64,000 nt of DNA from Malacoraja senta (GCA_038087875.1 CM075981.1:65968001-66032000), one strand, 5' to 3'; counted from the stretch's first letter, positions 1 through 13,749 are shown. The notes: generated from the sequence alone by a model not told the origin. Numbers and translations: made by a program.

Positions 1-213
1 CAATGGACCAGTTGTGTAATTGTGCTAACAGAAGGGTAATCTTGGAAATTATAAATGTGTGGGAGATTGGAGGTGGAATTGCTGTGCAGCTGGGCATATT
101 ATATATGATTTACCGCTAATCCAGTCGCAGCTCAGTCAAAAGGGAGTGGGTTTAAGCTATGTTCCAGGCTATATTCTAGGAGGACTGAGGGAGTACAGCA
201 CTATCAAAGTACT

Positions 214-1724
214 ACCACTCCCCAGGTACCTTCCCCTGTAATCGCAGGAGATGCAACACCTGTCCCTATACCTCCTCCCTCGACTCTGTCCAGCGACCCG
301 AAAGTCCTTTCAGGTTAGGCAGAGGCTCATTTGGACCTCCTCCAACCTCATCTACTGTATCCATTGTTCAAGATGTGGACTCCGCGAAACCAATAATACA
401 CTGGGTGATCATTGCGCTGAACACCTTCACACCTGAACTTACCTGATCTTCTGGTTGCTAAACACTTTTATGCACCTGTCCCACTTAGGAAACCTGAACG
501 GAAACCTCTGGAGACCTTGCGCCCCACCCAACGTTTCCGTGAGGTTCCCGGAGGTTTTGGTCACTCTCCCTAATGGTGGAAAGTGGTTTCCGCATAGTCG
601 AGGCTTCTTCTATGTTCCTGCGATAATTACCAAAAAAACAAAACCGGCCTCGACTAAAAATAGGTTGCCGTTTGGTCGAAGCCAGTGGAGTGGGGTTGCT
701 ATTTACTTACAGGCAGTCAAAGTCAATCTCCTTCGCTGACCGGCCATTTTGATTGGCTCATTGGAGTTTTCAGCAAAGAGCCTCTAGGATTTTTGTGTTT
801 TCAGGACCTAGAAGATCCGCCGGAAGGTAAAATGCCCGCTAACTTTATTAAACTTCTTTAAACTGTCTCCACTCCTTCTCCCCCCCCCTTCTCTCCCCTT
901 CTCCCCCATTCTCTCTCCCCTTCTCTCCCCTTCCCTTCCCCTTCTCTCTCCCCTTCTCTGTCCTTCTCTGTCCTTCTTTCCCCTTCTCTCCCTCCCTCCC
1001 ACCCTCTCTACAGGACTTACCGTGCTCTGTGGCAGCCGTTTACCTTCCTCTTTATCGCGCAGACAGCGCTCCGCTGTCCCTGGCCCCCACCTTCGCGATG
1101 TGTTTGTGTGTGTGTGTGTGTGCGGTCGGTAGCAAAGATCCTGTAGGATCTTTGGACAGTAGATGCAGCTCACGCTTCGGTCGAGGCTTTCCAGGCAAGT
1201 GACCAAAACCTCTGGCGACTCATGGAAACCTTGGGTGGGGCGCAAGGTCACCAGAGGTTTCCGTTCAGGTTTCCTAAGTGGGACAGGGGCATAATTCTCC
1301 TTCCCATTTCCACATAGACCTCTCTGTCCTGGTTCTCCTCCATTGAGTGAGGCTAAACGCAAATTGGAGGAACAGCATCTCATATTTCTCTTGGGCAGCT
1401 TACAGCCCAGTGGTATGAATGTTGATTTCTCTAACGTCAGGTAGCATCAGCATCCCCTCTCTCTCTATCCCTCCCTCACCCAAGTTGCACTAGCTTTTCA
1501 TTTTCACCCAACAAACAGCTGACAATGGCCTGTTTCCTTTATCATCGTTACTTTTTTGCGTATCTTTCATTCATTGTTCTTTATCTCTCTCCATCGTCTA
1601 TTTCTCTCGTTTCCCTTATCCCTAACCAGTCTGAAGAAGTGTCTCGACCCAAAACATCACCCATTCCTTGTCTCCAGAGATGCTGCCTGGCCCGCTGAGT
1701 TACTCCAGCTTTTTGTGCCTATCT
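214..1724 (+). mobile_element. Penelope-like element (PLE) 3' fragment: GIY-YIG region plus pLTR, split by a MITE at 471-1291
   Basis: Encodes PGTFPCNRRRCNTCP and SFQVRQR..TSSNLIYCIHCSRCGL, homologous to the PLE at 35035-35870; ends in pLTR with CTGAAGA motif (1631) and GCTGAGTTACTCCAGC. Confidence 0.85.
471..1291. mobile_element. PIF/Harbinger-like MITE (~820 bp)
   Basis: Termini TGCACCTGTCCCACTTAGGAAACCTGAACGGAAACCTCTGG / CCAGAGGTTTCCGTTCAGGTTTCCTAAGTGGGACAGGGGCA form a long inverted repeat; flanks TTA/TAA; no credible ORF; internal CT-rich tract ~870-1010. Confidence 0.8.
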
Positions 1725-1729
1725 AAGAT

Positions 1730-2290
1730 CTACTGGATATCCAGTTGCTAACCTTTTTAACTCCCTTGCCCATTCCCACACTGACCTTTCTGTCCTGGGC
1801 TTCCTCCATTGCCAGAGTGAGGCCACATGCAAACTGGAGGGACAGCACTGCATATTCCACTTGGGCAGCTTACAACCCAACGATATTAACATTGAATTCT
1901 CCAGTTTTAGATTAACTAACGACCACCCTCCCCTTTTCTACCCGAAACACCCCTTCCTCTCCTCTTCCACCCCCCTTCCCTCCCTGGACTCCCACCTATT
2001 TCTACCCTCCACTACTTTCCTCCAGCTGGATTTACAATCCACAACTCTTCAAACCTGTCACACATTTTCTGTTCTTTTCTCTGGTTCTGTTCCAACCCCC
2101 CTTTGCCGAAGTGAAACTATTACCTGACGCGCTTTGTCCTGTCTCTCCGCTTTCCAGCTTTCTTTTCCTTCTTCTCCCTCACTACAATCAGCCTGAATAC
2201 GGGTCTTGAACCGAAATGTCGCTTATCCAGGTTCTTCAGACATGTTGCCTGAGTTACTCCTGCTGTGTTACTCCAGCAGTTTGTTTCCTT
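1730..2290 (+). mobile_element. Second, older PLE 3' fragment/pLTR in tandem
   Basis: Repeats the motifs of 1295-1720 (CTGTCCTGGGC..GAGTGAGGCCACATGCAAACTGGAGG..TTGGGCAGCTTACA); degenerate hammerhead motif at 2193-2220. Confidence 0.75.
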
Positions 2291-3091
2291 TTGTGACATT
2301 CTCTCACATTGCTGTTTGTTGAATTGTTCTGTGCCAACAATGATTGCGCTTCTAAATTAAAATAACAGATTAGAAAGCAATTTGGTCATTCTAAAGCCAT
2401 GAAAGGTAATGAGCAAAAACATTTACTTTCACCGCAAAATGAAATGAAGAAAATAAAATTCTGATGTCTGTAGTGGTTTAAATGCTGCAGGCACAGGATA
2501 TGGTTTGTTGCTGATGGTTTCAATCTGAAGTAGAAAGAAGTTTAATGTTAAAAATATCAGTGGAAAATCGCTTGAAAATTATGGTGTTGCAGTTCTCGAT
2601 TTCTGACGCCAAGAGGTGCTGCAGGATGGTCACAGCTCACTAACAGCCTGCACTGTCAGTGTTAAGCATGCTTTGTTAGTGTTCTCAGTGGGTAAGTATG
2701 CCACTGCATGGCTCACTGACGTTATCCATTTGGTAACAGGGTTTAGCACGATTTTTGTCTCATGACATACTGTATGTCACAGGTAGTCACTGTGTTCTTA
2801 GAATTACAGAGGGGAGTTCAGCATGTGCACGGAATCATAAAAACTGTAGAGCACATGAAGAATCTATTTGGCCCTCATATCTGTTGATCCCTTTTGGTAG
2901 TGTGTTTGTGGTTGTCATGCTGTCGTTTCTGGCTACAAGGCAAAAGCATACTTAAGGAGACTGTTTTGACACATTGTCACAGGACATAAGACGGATGTTT
3001 TTATGTTATGTGTGTTGAGTGAGTATGTTCCTCTGTTGTTGCTGGAAGCAAGAATTTCATTGTAAAGATTTTCATTGTACAAGATTTTCAT

Positions 3092-3412
3092 TGTACGAGA
3101 TAATTCACGAGTTCTCCCGAGTTTTCCCCTGATTCGAACTCGGAGAATGTCCTTAGCGGGTCCGTAGGAATTCATGGATGTCTCGTAGCGGCTTGTACGA
3201 GTAAAAAATAACAATTTTTTTACTCGTGGACATTTTTTGTGATGAAAAAACGTCACGAGTTTATCGGATTCCCCGAGTACCTACGTTAACATTACGAGCC
3301 ACTACGAGACATCCACGAACTCCTATGGACCCGCTACGGACATTCGCCGAGTTCGAATCAGGGGAAAACTCGGGAGAACTCTTGAATTACCTCGTACAGT
3401 GGGACAGGGGCT
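3092..3412. mobile_element. PIF/Harbinger-like MITE with left terminus lost
   Basis: Right end AGTGGGACAGGGGCT followed by TAA; long subterminal inverted repeats (TGTACGAG.TAATTCA.GAGTTCTCCCGAGTTTTCCCCTGATTCGAACTCGG vs its reverse complement at ~3346-3398); sits in an old Rex1-type 3' tail. Confidence 0.75.
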
Positions 3413-3476
3413 TAACTGTACCTCACCATTCTTGTGCATATGCAATTAACTCATCTTGACCTGCAGCACAACAGAA

Positions 3477-6400
3477 AATCTTCAAATATAGTATTTCTGA
3501 GCTCACCTGTATCAAAGAATCTGCAGAAATCAACGATGTAAGTAGCGAACTGCTAACGCATTTAAATGCATTAGCACTACTGCGCACTCCCGAAGATTGC
3601 GACTGTAAGGGAATCCCTGATCTCAGGGGAATCCCAGACCTCGCGGAGACTCGCAAGTACTGTACCTTTAAACACCGAGGAGGGCTTCATGGAGTACAGA
3701 AACGTGGCCGTCGGGCAGGACTACAAGTAAGACTGAAGCGTAGGGGACTTCGGCCCCCTCTCCCTACCATCCTACTGGCCAATGTGCAGTCACTAGAAAA
3801 CAAAGTGAAGGACTTAAGGTCAAGGCTGCTTTACCAAAGGGAGCTGAGGGAATGCTCTGTGTTCTGTTTCACAGAAACATGGCTCACCCCCAGCTCCCCA
3901 GGCTCAGCGGTCCAGCCTGAAGGGTTCTCCATCCACCGTATGGACCATACGCAGGCATCTGGGAAAGGGAGAAGAGGGGGCCTGCCTCATGGTCAACTCC
4001 TCGTGGTGCTCAGACGTGGCAGTCCTATTCCAACTCCTGCTCTCCACACCTCGAACATCTGGCGGTGAAGTGCCGTCCCTTCTACCTATCGAGGGAATTC
4101 TCCATCATCGTGACCGCAATCTACATCTCACCCCAGGCAGACGTCCTTCTGGCACTGGAGAAGCTGCATGCCGTGGTCAACAAGCACCGGACGGCTTACC
4201 CCGAGGCATTTACCACCGTAGCCGGGGACTTCAACCAAGCCAACCTGAAGAAATCGCTCCCTAACTTCCACCATGTCTCCTGCAGCACCAGAGGATCAAA
4301 CACCCTTGACCACTGCTACACGACCATCAAAGACGCCTATCGCTCTATCCCTCGCTCTCACTTCGGAAAATCCGACCATTCAGCAGTGCTGCTTCTTCCT
4401 GCATACAGGCAGCAACTGAAGAAAGCATCCCCAGAGGTGAGGACTGTACAGAGCTGGTTGGGGGAGGGGGGGGGGGGGGCAGAGGAACAATTCCAGGACT
4501 GCTTGGAGTCTGTAGACTGGGCAATATTCAGGGACTCGGCAAAAGACCTGAATGAATACGCCACAGTTGTTACAGACTTCATAAGTAAATGTGTGGAGGA
4601 CTGCGTTACAACAAAAACCTTCTGAGAGTTTCCTAACCAGAAGCCTTGGATGAACCATGAGATCCTCATTCTTCTGAGAGCAAGATCACGGACATTCAGG
4701 TCTGGCGATGCAGTGGTCTATAAGAAGTCCAGATACGACCTTGGTAAGGCCATCAAAAAGGCCAAAAGAGACTTTTGCTCTAAGCTGGAGGATGAGACAG
4801 ATGTTCGTCAACTGTGGCAGGGCTTGAATGCCATCAACTTCTACAAGGCAAAATCAGTAGGCGACTCAAATGACAGCGTAGCATTACTCCCTGACGAGCT
4901 CAATGCGTTCTATGCACGGTTCAATAGGGAGAACACTAATGTGCCTTCCCGAGCCGCTATTCGCCCTGACGGTGTTACAGTCATAGTCACAGAGGCCGAC
5001 GTCAGAAGATCCTTCAGGGAGGTGAACCCTCGGAATGCGCCTGGACCTGGTGGTATACCCAGCCGTGTTCTAAAAACCTGTGTGGACCAACTGGCTGGAG
5101 TTTTTACGGACATTTTCAACCTCTCACTTTAAGAGGGCATCAATAATACCGGTGCCCAAGAAGAGTAAGGTGAGGTGCCTCAATGATTATCGACCAGTGG
5201 CACTAACATCTGTGGTGATGAAGTGCTTTGAGAGGTTGGTTATGGTGCACATCAACTCCTACCTCTTCAAGAACCTCGACCAACTACAGTTCGCATACTG
5301 CCACAACAGGTCAATGGTAGATGCAATTCCACTGGCTCTCGACTCCGCACTGGACGACTTGGACAATAAAAACACCTACGTCAGGCTGTTGTTTATAGAC
5401 TACAGCTCGGCGTTTAATACCATCATCCCTTCCAAGCTGGTTACCAAGCTCACGGAACTGGGCCTCTGCGCATCCCTCTGCAATTGGATCCTCAACGTCC
5501 TCATCTACAGACCACAGTCTGTTCGAATTGGAGGAACCACTTCATCCTCAGTAACAATTAATACGGGAGCACCTCAAGGCTGCGTGCTCAGCCCCCTGCT
5601 TTACTCACTCTATACCCATGATGGCGTAGCCGGTCATAGTGCGAAGTCCATCATCAAGTTCGCCGATTACACCACTGTGGTTGGACGAATCACAGATGGG
5701 GACGAGTCAGAGATCGACCGACTGACCAAATGGTGCCAGCACAACAACCTGGCTCTCAACATCAGTAAGACCAAGGAACTGATTGTGGACTTTAGTAGGG
5801 GAAGGATGAGGACCCACAATCCTGTTTATATCAATGGGACGATCGTGGAGAGGGTCAATAACTTCAAATTCCTGGGCGTGCATATATCAGAAGATCTTTC
5901 CTGGACCCAGCACACTGATGCAATTGTAAAGAAGGCACATCAGCGACTCTACTTCCTGAGAAGATTACGGAAATTCGGCATGTCAAGGATTCTCCTAAAC
6001 TTCGACAGGTGCACGGTAAAGAGCATTCTGACTGGTTGCATCATGGCCTGATTCGGCAACTTGAACGTCCAGGAGCAAAAGAGACTACAAAAAGTTTTGA
6101 CCACTGCCCTGTCCATCACCGGCTTTAACCTCCCCACCTTCGAAGGGATTTATCGTAGTCGCTGCCTCAAAAAGGCAGCCAAAATCATCAAGGACCCACA
6201 CCATCCTGGCCATACACTTATCTCATCACTGCCATCAGGAAGAAGGTACAGGAGCCTGAAGACTGTAACGTCCAGGTTCAGGAACAGCTCTTCCCCACAG
6301 TCATCAGGCTATTAAACACAACGAATAAGCTATGAGCTCTGAACTGCAAAATACTATATTATTATTTGTTATTTGCACTATATTTGTTATTTATTGAACT

Positions 6401-6520
6401 TTTTCTTTTTTTCCCGTTATATACAATGTTTACATATTCACATATTCTGTTGTGCTGCAGCAAGTAAGAATTTCATGGTCCCGTCCGGGACATATGACAA
6501 TAAAACACTCTTGACTCTTG
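3477..6520 (+). mobile_element. Rex1/Babar-clade LINE, near full length, frameshifted APE-RT
   Basis: APE motifs LANVQSL, CFTETW, VAGDFN, TLDHCY, SDH (3770-4400); RT motifs [35 protein letters not shown] for FADD (5080-6051); C-terminal SLPSGRRYRS; tail ATTTCAT..ATGACAATAAA + CTCTTGACTCTTG. 5' boundary approximate. Confidence 0.88.
5080..6051 (+). pseudogene. Rex1/Babar reverse transcriptase remnant (323 aa ORF, catalytic DD mutated to DY)
   Basis: ORF track protein carries non-LTR RT motifs; FADY replaces FADD. Confidence 0.85.
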
Positions 6521-6659
6521 CTTTCAGGTTAGCTGATACCACGGTAATCAGAACTAGCTACAGTATTCTAACTTACACTTAACGACAGATGAAAATAAAC
6601 ACCCAGGTTTGCTGGTATACGGAGCATGCTGACCTTTACCAGGACACATTTTAAAGACA

Positions 6660-7055
6660 CAGAGTGAGGACGAGGGGCGATCTTATGGAGATGTACAAAA
6701 TCAAGAGAAGAATGGATCGGGTAAATGCACAGATTATTTTACCTAGAGTAAGGGAATCAAGAACCAAAGGACCTAGGTTTAAGGTGAGGGGGGAAAGATT
6801 TAATAGGAACCTGAGGTAACTTTTCACGCAAAGGTTGGTAGGTGTAAGGAATGGGCTGCTGGAGGAGGTATTTGAGGCAGGTACTATCGCAAAATGTATG
6901 AAACATTTAGACAGGTACATGGGTAGGACAGATTTAGAGGGATATGGGCCAAATGCACGCTGGTGGGACTAGTGTAGATGGGAATAGTTGGCTGATGTGG
7001 GCAAGTTGGGCCGATGGGCTTGTTTCCAAGCTGTGAGATTCTATGACTCTATGAC
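6660..7055 (+). mobile_element. CR1 LINE 3' fragment
   Basis: RGDLMEMYKI-like C-terminus and CR1-type 3' UTR ending CTATGACTCTATGA. Confidence 0.75.
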
Positions 7056-7104
7056 AGTAAACAAATCATTCAGAGATTAGATAGAGTCTATAAAATCTAT
7101 ACTG

Positions 7105-7390
7105 ACACACCAGGTACAGTACTTCTGTCTTACAATTTAGATGTTAAACAGGAGCCCTATCTGCTCTCTCAGTGGAACTTGAAAGGTTGAATTAAGCATA
7201 ACATGGCCAATATCTAGCCCTTGTAAAGCATTAGTCAGTCAGCTGATTTGGTCGTTGCTGTATGTGGAACTTTGCTGTGCACAACTTGACTGTCTTCGCT
7301 TTATAACAACAGTAACATTTCAGAAAGTCCTTAATTATCTGTAAAGTTCTTTAGGACATTCTAATGATTTAAAAGTTCATACATAAATAG
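7105..7390 (+). mobile_element. Ancient Deu-domain SINE (SacSINE1-like), degraded
   Basis: GATGTTAAACAGGAGCCCTATCTGCTCTCTCAGTGG (Deu-like core) followed by TTGCTGTGCACAAC..ACAACAGT..CTGTAAAG tail; similarity recalled, not aligned. Confidence 0.5.
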
Positions 7391-10300
7391 TTATTTGTTA
7401 ATAAAATAAGAAGACAAAATAAGCTCTTACTCCATGGCTCACAAAATCTCCAGCAACATCAACCAAAAGCTTTCTATTCAGGAGCAGTACAAAGTTACCT
7501 GCACATCATACCCAGCTGAATGACTTATGGTGACTAAGTTATAGTCCAAAGGTCAGGTGATTTCATTCGCACCCTGGCATTACAGTTGCAATCATTCAAC
7601 GTGTTTTCATGGTTAGCAGGTTGAAATTATTGAGGATCAGCAAGGGGAAACAGCTCTGATATATAAATTCTTATTATGATGTTGTTTGGAACCATGTCTG
7701 ACCACATGAGATAAAAGCCTCAAAGGTTCAAAGGCAATATCAACACAGCTATTTGTGTGCAAGGTTGGAAGAGAAGATTCTTACTGTTTTCTGCTTATTG
7801 CCTTTTCATTTCACTAATTTTTTGTGAAGATGCATTGCAGTTTCAAAAAATGATTCTATGGTGCAGTTATTTGATTTGACTTCATCGGCTGTGTGCTCAG
7901 TTTATCAGCCCTTAACTTTTCTTTGTGAACCTCAGCACATCTCTAAGGTTTAAATTGCTTTTTAAAACCTATTTCTTTGACCAGGTCTTTGGTCACATCC
8001 AGATTTTTCATGTAGATTGATGTCAGGGTAACATTCTGTGAAGCCTTGACATATTTGAAAGGCTCTATGTAAGTTGTTGCTAAAAAAATGACCTCAAATT
8101 ATTTGAAGCTGTAAAAGGAAGAGAATGTTAATGGTTGCTCATTCTAAGCTAATATGTGAATCTCCTGCTGATTTCAGCTCAGATTTGACATTAATTGCAT
8201 GTGCCTGATATGCTGTCCCTCCCATGCCATAATAACTCCAATTATAAACTGTAGGTGTAGGGCAGGAGAAACATTCTCTTTATCTCTGCTAATCTAGCAT
8301 GTATGGATGTATTGTTGCAAATGGGAATCTAGAACCCCACATTGTAGTTGTGTCCCTTTTCTGTACCAATCAGCATAATTCTCTGTATTGTGATTTGCGT
8401 AGATATTTGTGTAAATGAGATCTCTGGCTGCTAATGGAAGCCGAGAACAGAAGGTTGCTTTTGTGCACTGATAGCTTGAAACGTTGATATTACTGTCATT
8501 AGTCTGGCACATGAGACTGCTGCTTAATGATGGATCAAATTCTTCCTTTATTTTCACATGGAAATGTATAAACTAATAACAGCTCTACCTCCTGCTGTAA
8601 GTAAACACAATTAGGGAGTACACAGTTTTGAACTCTTGCACAGAGTTGTCTGTTTCTAGTTACTATGAGTTTCAGGGAAGATACAGGGTAAGGGCCAATG
8701 GTTACATGGGAGCAGAGAGGAGTGTTTGGAAATAGTTAGAATGAAATCATTTGACTAATCGGAATCAAAAGGTCCCTTCTATTGATGTGTCCATGAATAT
8801 TGTGTCATATTTTGCGAAAGAGGTGTCTATAAAAAATGTAATTTGTAAATGTAAATATTCTTCCATAATTAGGCACAAGTATAAGCAGGCATTGAAGATG
8901 GAGCGGACTATTTTTAATCATATTCTCAAGCTCCCAACCAATTAGATTTCATGAACACATTGCATTTTTTTAAATCATTCAACCCCACCTCCCCAAACCC
9001 CATCCCGCATCCCCCTTCCTTGGTGGGAATTGGAATAATATCCACAGCAGCAGGTCCCATCTGGCATACGACCCACTGACTGCTGGTCACTAGTCACAGA
9101 ATATTGACAGCACAGCATTTGCCTTTTCACTGTTAATTTTGAAAATCTGGAATGTTTGCAGTTTGCATTCATGATGTGCAATAAATATTGCAATCAAAGA
9201 ATCAGATTTATCCACAAAAGAGCTTCATTTGGTCATTGATAAGATGAAAACACTTCATCAGAGTTCTCCAGTCCAATTATATTTCCCTACTCATTTGCTG
9301 CACATTCAAAAGCTCTGTCATCAAGAGTTTTCTTATGTAGATATTGTGATTGATTGTGCTTGAATGGTCACTGGTAGAAATGCCTTTCATATTCTAATTT
9401 CCCCCAATTGCATGTTGGATTTATTAGACGTAGGTAATATAATGGTCAAAGAATCAGACATTTCAGTACAAATGGAACAACGCAATGGCATTGCTGTACT
9501 CAGTGAATGTTGATAATAGGACAGGTAATCCGAGAGATTGCTGTCGCCATGATGTTGATGCTCCTGCTGTAACCCCAAGAGAAGTAAGAGGGAAGATCGG
9601 TAGGAGTGAAACTGACTCCATTTTTGTGATGTTTCAAAGCCAAATACATGTGCATGAGGAGAAGCAAATGGTTAAATTGGGCGTGGGGGGGGGGGGGGGT
9701 AGGTCCACTCTTCCGTGTTAATAGTACAGCAATAAAAGAGCTGATTTCAGTGAAAATGTCCAGGTTTTGTTTGGATAGGTAAATTGAATCAAATACAGGC
9801 AATCCCAATAATCCAGACTGGAAGAGTCTCAGTCATAGAGTCAAACAGCATGGAAACAGTCTTTCGGGTCACAGTGTCCACATCAACCATCAGGCGCCCA
9901 TCAACGGAAAGGTGTTGGAGAGTGTAACATACTTGACCAGATGCTTCCACAGGGTGAAGATGGGAAGTGCAATTTGACCACCGTCACCCAGGGTGCCATT
10001 TATTGTTGGATTGACATAACTCACACAAAGTGAATAGGATCCAAAGTCTTTTATTAGCAATTCAGCATAGGTAACTTCATTTCAACATGCAGCTCAAGAC
10101 TAAAAGAGAAAGGGAAAATAACTTTCTATTAAACCTGTTGGCGGAGCCACAGTATGACTCATAGTATGAGTGACACTGATCTACATTTATGAAATAGGAT
10201 AGGGTTGTTTTGGTGCGGTGGTTGTGCCAATCTCTTGGCTGCATTGACTTATGGGAAAGATGATGGTCACAGACCCTGAAAGCAATAACACATTCTTGGA

Positions 10301-10589
10301 CTTTGCTGGGTTGCAGAATGGTAGTGTGCATAAAGGGTAGTGGTTGTTTGGTTTGTAGTGAGCAAATAGGATGGGGAACTCGAAACTAGAATTCACTGGA
10401 ACTAGAAAATAGGATGGGAAAAACCTGTCAGAAATTCAGGTTGATATAGATGGGGAGGGAGAGAAACAGCAGGGACAGGATTGGGTGCCCTTGACTACCT
10501 AGTAAAACATTTGATGCTGTGGAGGAGTATAGTAAGGAAGTGATGATTGATTTTTGAGGATAAAATGCTTGTTATTTATTATTTCCTGG

Positions 10590-10930
10590 AATACTAAGAT
10601 GAAAGAATGGATTGACTGGGCTTATATTCACTGGAATTTAGAAGGGTGAGAGGGGATCTTATAAAATCGTATAAAATTCTTACGGGATTGGACAGGCTTG
10701 ATGCAGGGAAAATGTTCCCTATGTTGGGGGAGTCCAGAACTAGGGGTCACAGTTTAAGAATAAGGAGTAGGACATTTAGGACTGAGATGAAGAAAAACCT
10801 TTTCAGCCAGAGAGTTGTGAATCTGTGGAATTCTCTGCCACAGAAGGCAATAGAGGCCAATTCACTGGATGTATTCAAGAGAGGGTTAGATATAGCTCTT
10901 AGAGCGAACAGAATCAAGGGATATGGATAT
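10590..10930 (+). mobile_element. CR1 LINE 3' ORF2 fragment
   Basis: ORF 10646-10936 RGDLIKSYKILTGLDRLDAGKMFPMLGESRTRGHSLRIR..FSQRVVNLWNSLP. Confidence 0.85.
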
Positions 10931-11054
10931 TTTTGAGATGCAGGAAGTAATTGCAAACTCTTCCACTGGCAATTCAATAGGTCATAAATGCCATGGTAAA
11001 TAAGTTTGTATTTGTTCTTTATAAGGAATGTTTTCGATAGGTTCAAATACTCTC

Positions 11055-12720
11055 AGTCATGGAATTGTATAGCACAGAAATGGGCCTTTGGCCCACTGTA
11101 TCCATGCAGGCCCATCCACACAAATGCTGTTTGCCTGTATTAGATTAATTTTCATTTCAATCCTTAGAACCCCTTTTCGAGTTCTTCTCACCTTAAACAG
11201 CGACTCCCTTGCTTTTGATACCCCTGTAGGAAAAAGATTCTGACTATCTACCCGATTTAAGCCTCTCATAATCTTAAATACTATCAAGTCACCCTTCCTT
11301 CATTCCGAGAAAAATGTATCCCAGCGTACCAATCTCTCCCCATAACTAAAATTCTCCAATCCTGACAACATACCCTCTTGCACTCGATCCATCAAAATTA
11401 CGTCCTTTCTATAGTGTGGTGACCAGAGCTGTATAAGAGTACTGCATGTACAGTCCAGCCACTGTTTTGTAATGTTGCTACATAATATCCCAACGCGTAT
11501 ATTCTATGCCCTGATTTATGAAGGCAAACAGGATGTAAGGGCCTGTCCCACTTGACGATTTGTTCGGCGATTTTTGAACATTTCAAAATCCAGCGGTGAC
11601 AAAAAATGTTGCGACACTTGAGGAGACACCACGTGTCAATACGTCGTCACGCCGCGACTTTTTCGGTGACTTGATACGTCAGTCAATGATGCCGACAGTC
11701 GCCGAAAAAATCGCCAAGTGGGACAGGCCCTGTTGGCCTTTTTCACCTTATGTTGCCCTTATGTTGTTAACCATATATGTCCCACTCCTAGTAGATTTCC
11801 CAAAATGCATCACCTCACACTTGGCAGGATTAAATTCCATCTGCAATATTCTGTCCAGATTTCCGTCCAGTCTATATCCTGCAATAGCCTTCGACAACCT
11901 TCCTCGGTGTTTATGGCACCACCAATTTTCATGTCGTCTGCAAACTTACTGATCTACATCGCACCCAAGATGTTAACATATACCCTGAATAACAAAGGAT
12001 GCAGCACCAAACTGCGTGGAACACCACTGGTCACAGTCTTCCAATCAGAAAAGCATCCTTCCACAACCACCCTTTGCCTCCTTTCACCAAGCCAATTTAA
12101 AATACAATTAGCCAGATGGTTTTGAATCCCATGTGGATCTAGAATGACGATGAAAAAATCTCCGACAGAACCTCAGCTTTCTCCTCTTGCTTTCCGAAGC
12201 AGCCTGGGATAGATTTTCCAGCCCTGAGGATTTGCTGATCTTTATGCCTTCCATGATATCAAGCACCTCCATCTTCTTAATACTAACTTTCTTAAGACTA
12301 TCAACATAACCCTCACTGAACTCATTGTCCTCCATGTCCTTTTCCTTGACAAAAACATTTGAGAAGTATTCATATAGGACCGCCCACTTCCCCAGGCTCC
12401 ATATATAGATTACAGCTTTGATACCAAAGGGGACCTGCTCTTTCCCTGGCTATAATTTTGCTCCTGATATCAAAATTCTTGGGATTCTCCTTAATCGTAT
12501 TGCCAAGGATATTTCATAGCACATTTTTGCCATCCTAATTAATTTCTAAAATTCTCTCCTATAACCTCTATTCGACAAGAAACTTGCATGATTCCAGTTA
12601 CCTATACCTGTCATATGTTTCCTTTTCTTTTGATCAAACTTTAATGATCCTTTGTCATCCAATGTTCCATAATCTTTCACCCTTACCAGAACATACTAAC
12701 CCTAAACTCTTACTCAATCT
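11055..12720 (-). mobile_element. Old CR1 LINE RT/3' region, interrupted by a MITE
   Basis: Minus-strand remnants IMRGLNRVDSQNLFP and a GVPQ-like region near 12010; heavily degraded. Confidence 0.65.
11538..11731. mobile_element. Short PIF/Harbinger-like MITE (194 bp)
   Basis: TIRs AGGGCCTGTCCCACTTG / CAAGTGGGACAGGCCCT; flanks GTA/GTT; CpG-rich interior. Confidence 0.8.
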
Positions 12721-13014
12721 CTGTTAAAAGACACTCGCATATAGAGAAACTGATATGCAGGCAGATGGCAACATGAAAACAACAGGATTTTTAATTGTTT
12801 TAATGGGATATTTTAACTTCCCCAATTCCTCAAGAAGACACAAAGTGCTGGAGTAACCCTGCAGGTCCGACAGCATCGCTGGAGAACATGGAGACCGAGG
12901 GATGTGGCAAGGCAAGAATTCAGATGCCTTCCAGTGCATTCAATGCTTCCAATCCACAATGAGCAGTAGCAGCTGTTCCTAAGACGAGGTACTGACCATA
13001 TCTCATTCCAGGAT

Positions 13015-13340
13015 AACACAGTGATGTAGTGATGCCATGCTTCATAGCTCCAGAAACATAGGTTCGAGCTGCAACTTGGGTAGTGTCTATGTGAAGTTTA
13101 CACGTTCTCCCCATATATGCATGGGTTTCCCGCAGATATTTTGGTTTATTTCCATATATCAGAGCTGTGCTGGTTGGTAGGTTAATTGGCTACTAAATTT
13201 ACTTCTGGTATGGATGGGTGGTAAGCATATCAGGGAGGGGAGTTAATGAGGATGAAGGGAAAACATAGAATTAATATTAACAGATGCTTGATGGTTGGCA
13301 TAGTCTGGTGAGCCAAAAGGTCTGTGTCATTGCTCTGTGA
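13015..13340 (+). mobile_element. tRNA-derived V-SINE (HE1-like), degraded
   Basis: B-box-like GGTTCGAG, V-domain-like GTCTATGTGAAGTTTACACGTTCTCCCC..ATGGGTTTCC, and GGTAGGTTAATTGGC. Confidence 0.6.
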
Positions 13341-13749
13341 TGCTTTGACCTGGTTCTGATGCTCAAAGGCACAGGAGAATCAGACCTTCCTGACAGCCAT
13401 TCTGTATATTTCTGACACCAGTCTGAACTTCAACTGCCATTAGAGTTATTTAAGGTGTTGATGTGGCACCTTCCTTGAGTATCTGATGAAGTTTGAAGGA
13501 ACCTGGCTGTGGAGTAACTTAACTAAGGGAACATTGTGAACAGTCTTTGGACTTTTTTTCTATTTCTACCAAAATATAGATGTCTAGAAACTCTATTGCA
13601 TTCTACATGCCCACCATCTTATGACAAAGATCCACACACATTCCAAGCAGAGTCCAATGTACCTGGAGTATGAATGACAAAAAATGCATTGTGGTGTTCT
13701 CAATTGTGGCATCAAAAGGAAATATGTCAATCTCATTGCAATGAGTAGC

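Noticed and set aside
808-1383. 191-aa minus-strand ORF rich in G/E/R
   Set aside because: Translation of the CT-rich tract inside a MITE; low complexity, no domain.
13015-13100. tRNA gene
   Set aside because: Only a degenerate tRNA-like SINE head; no cloverleaf.
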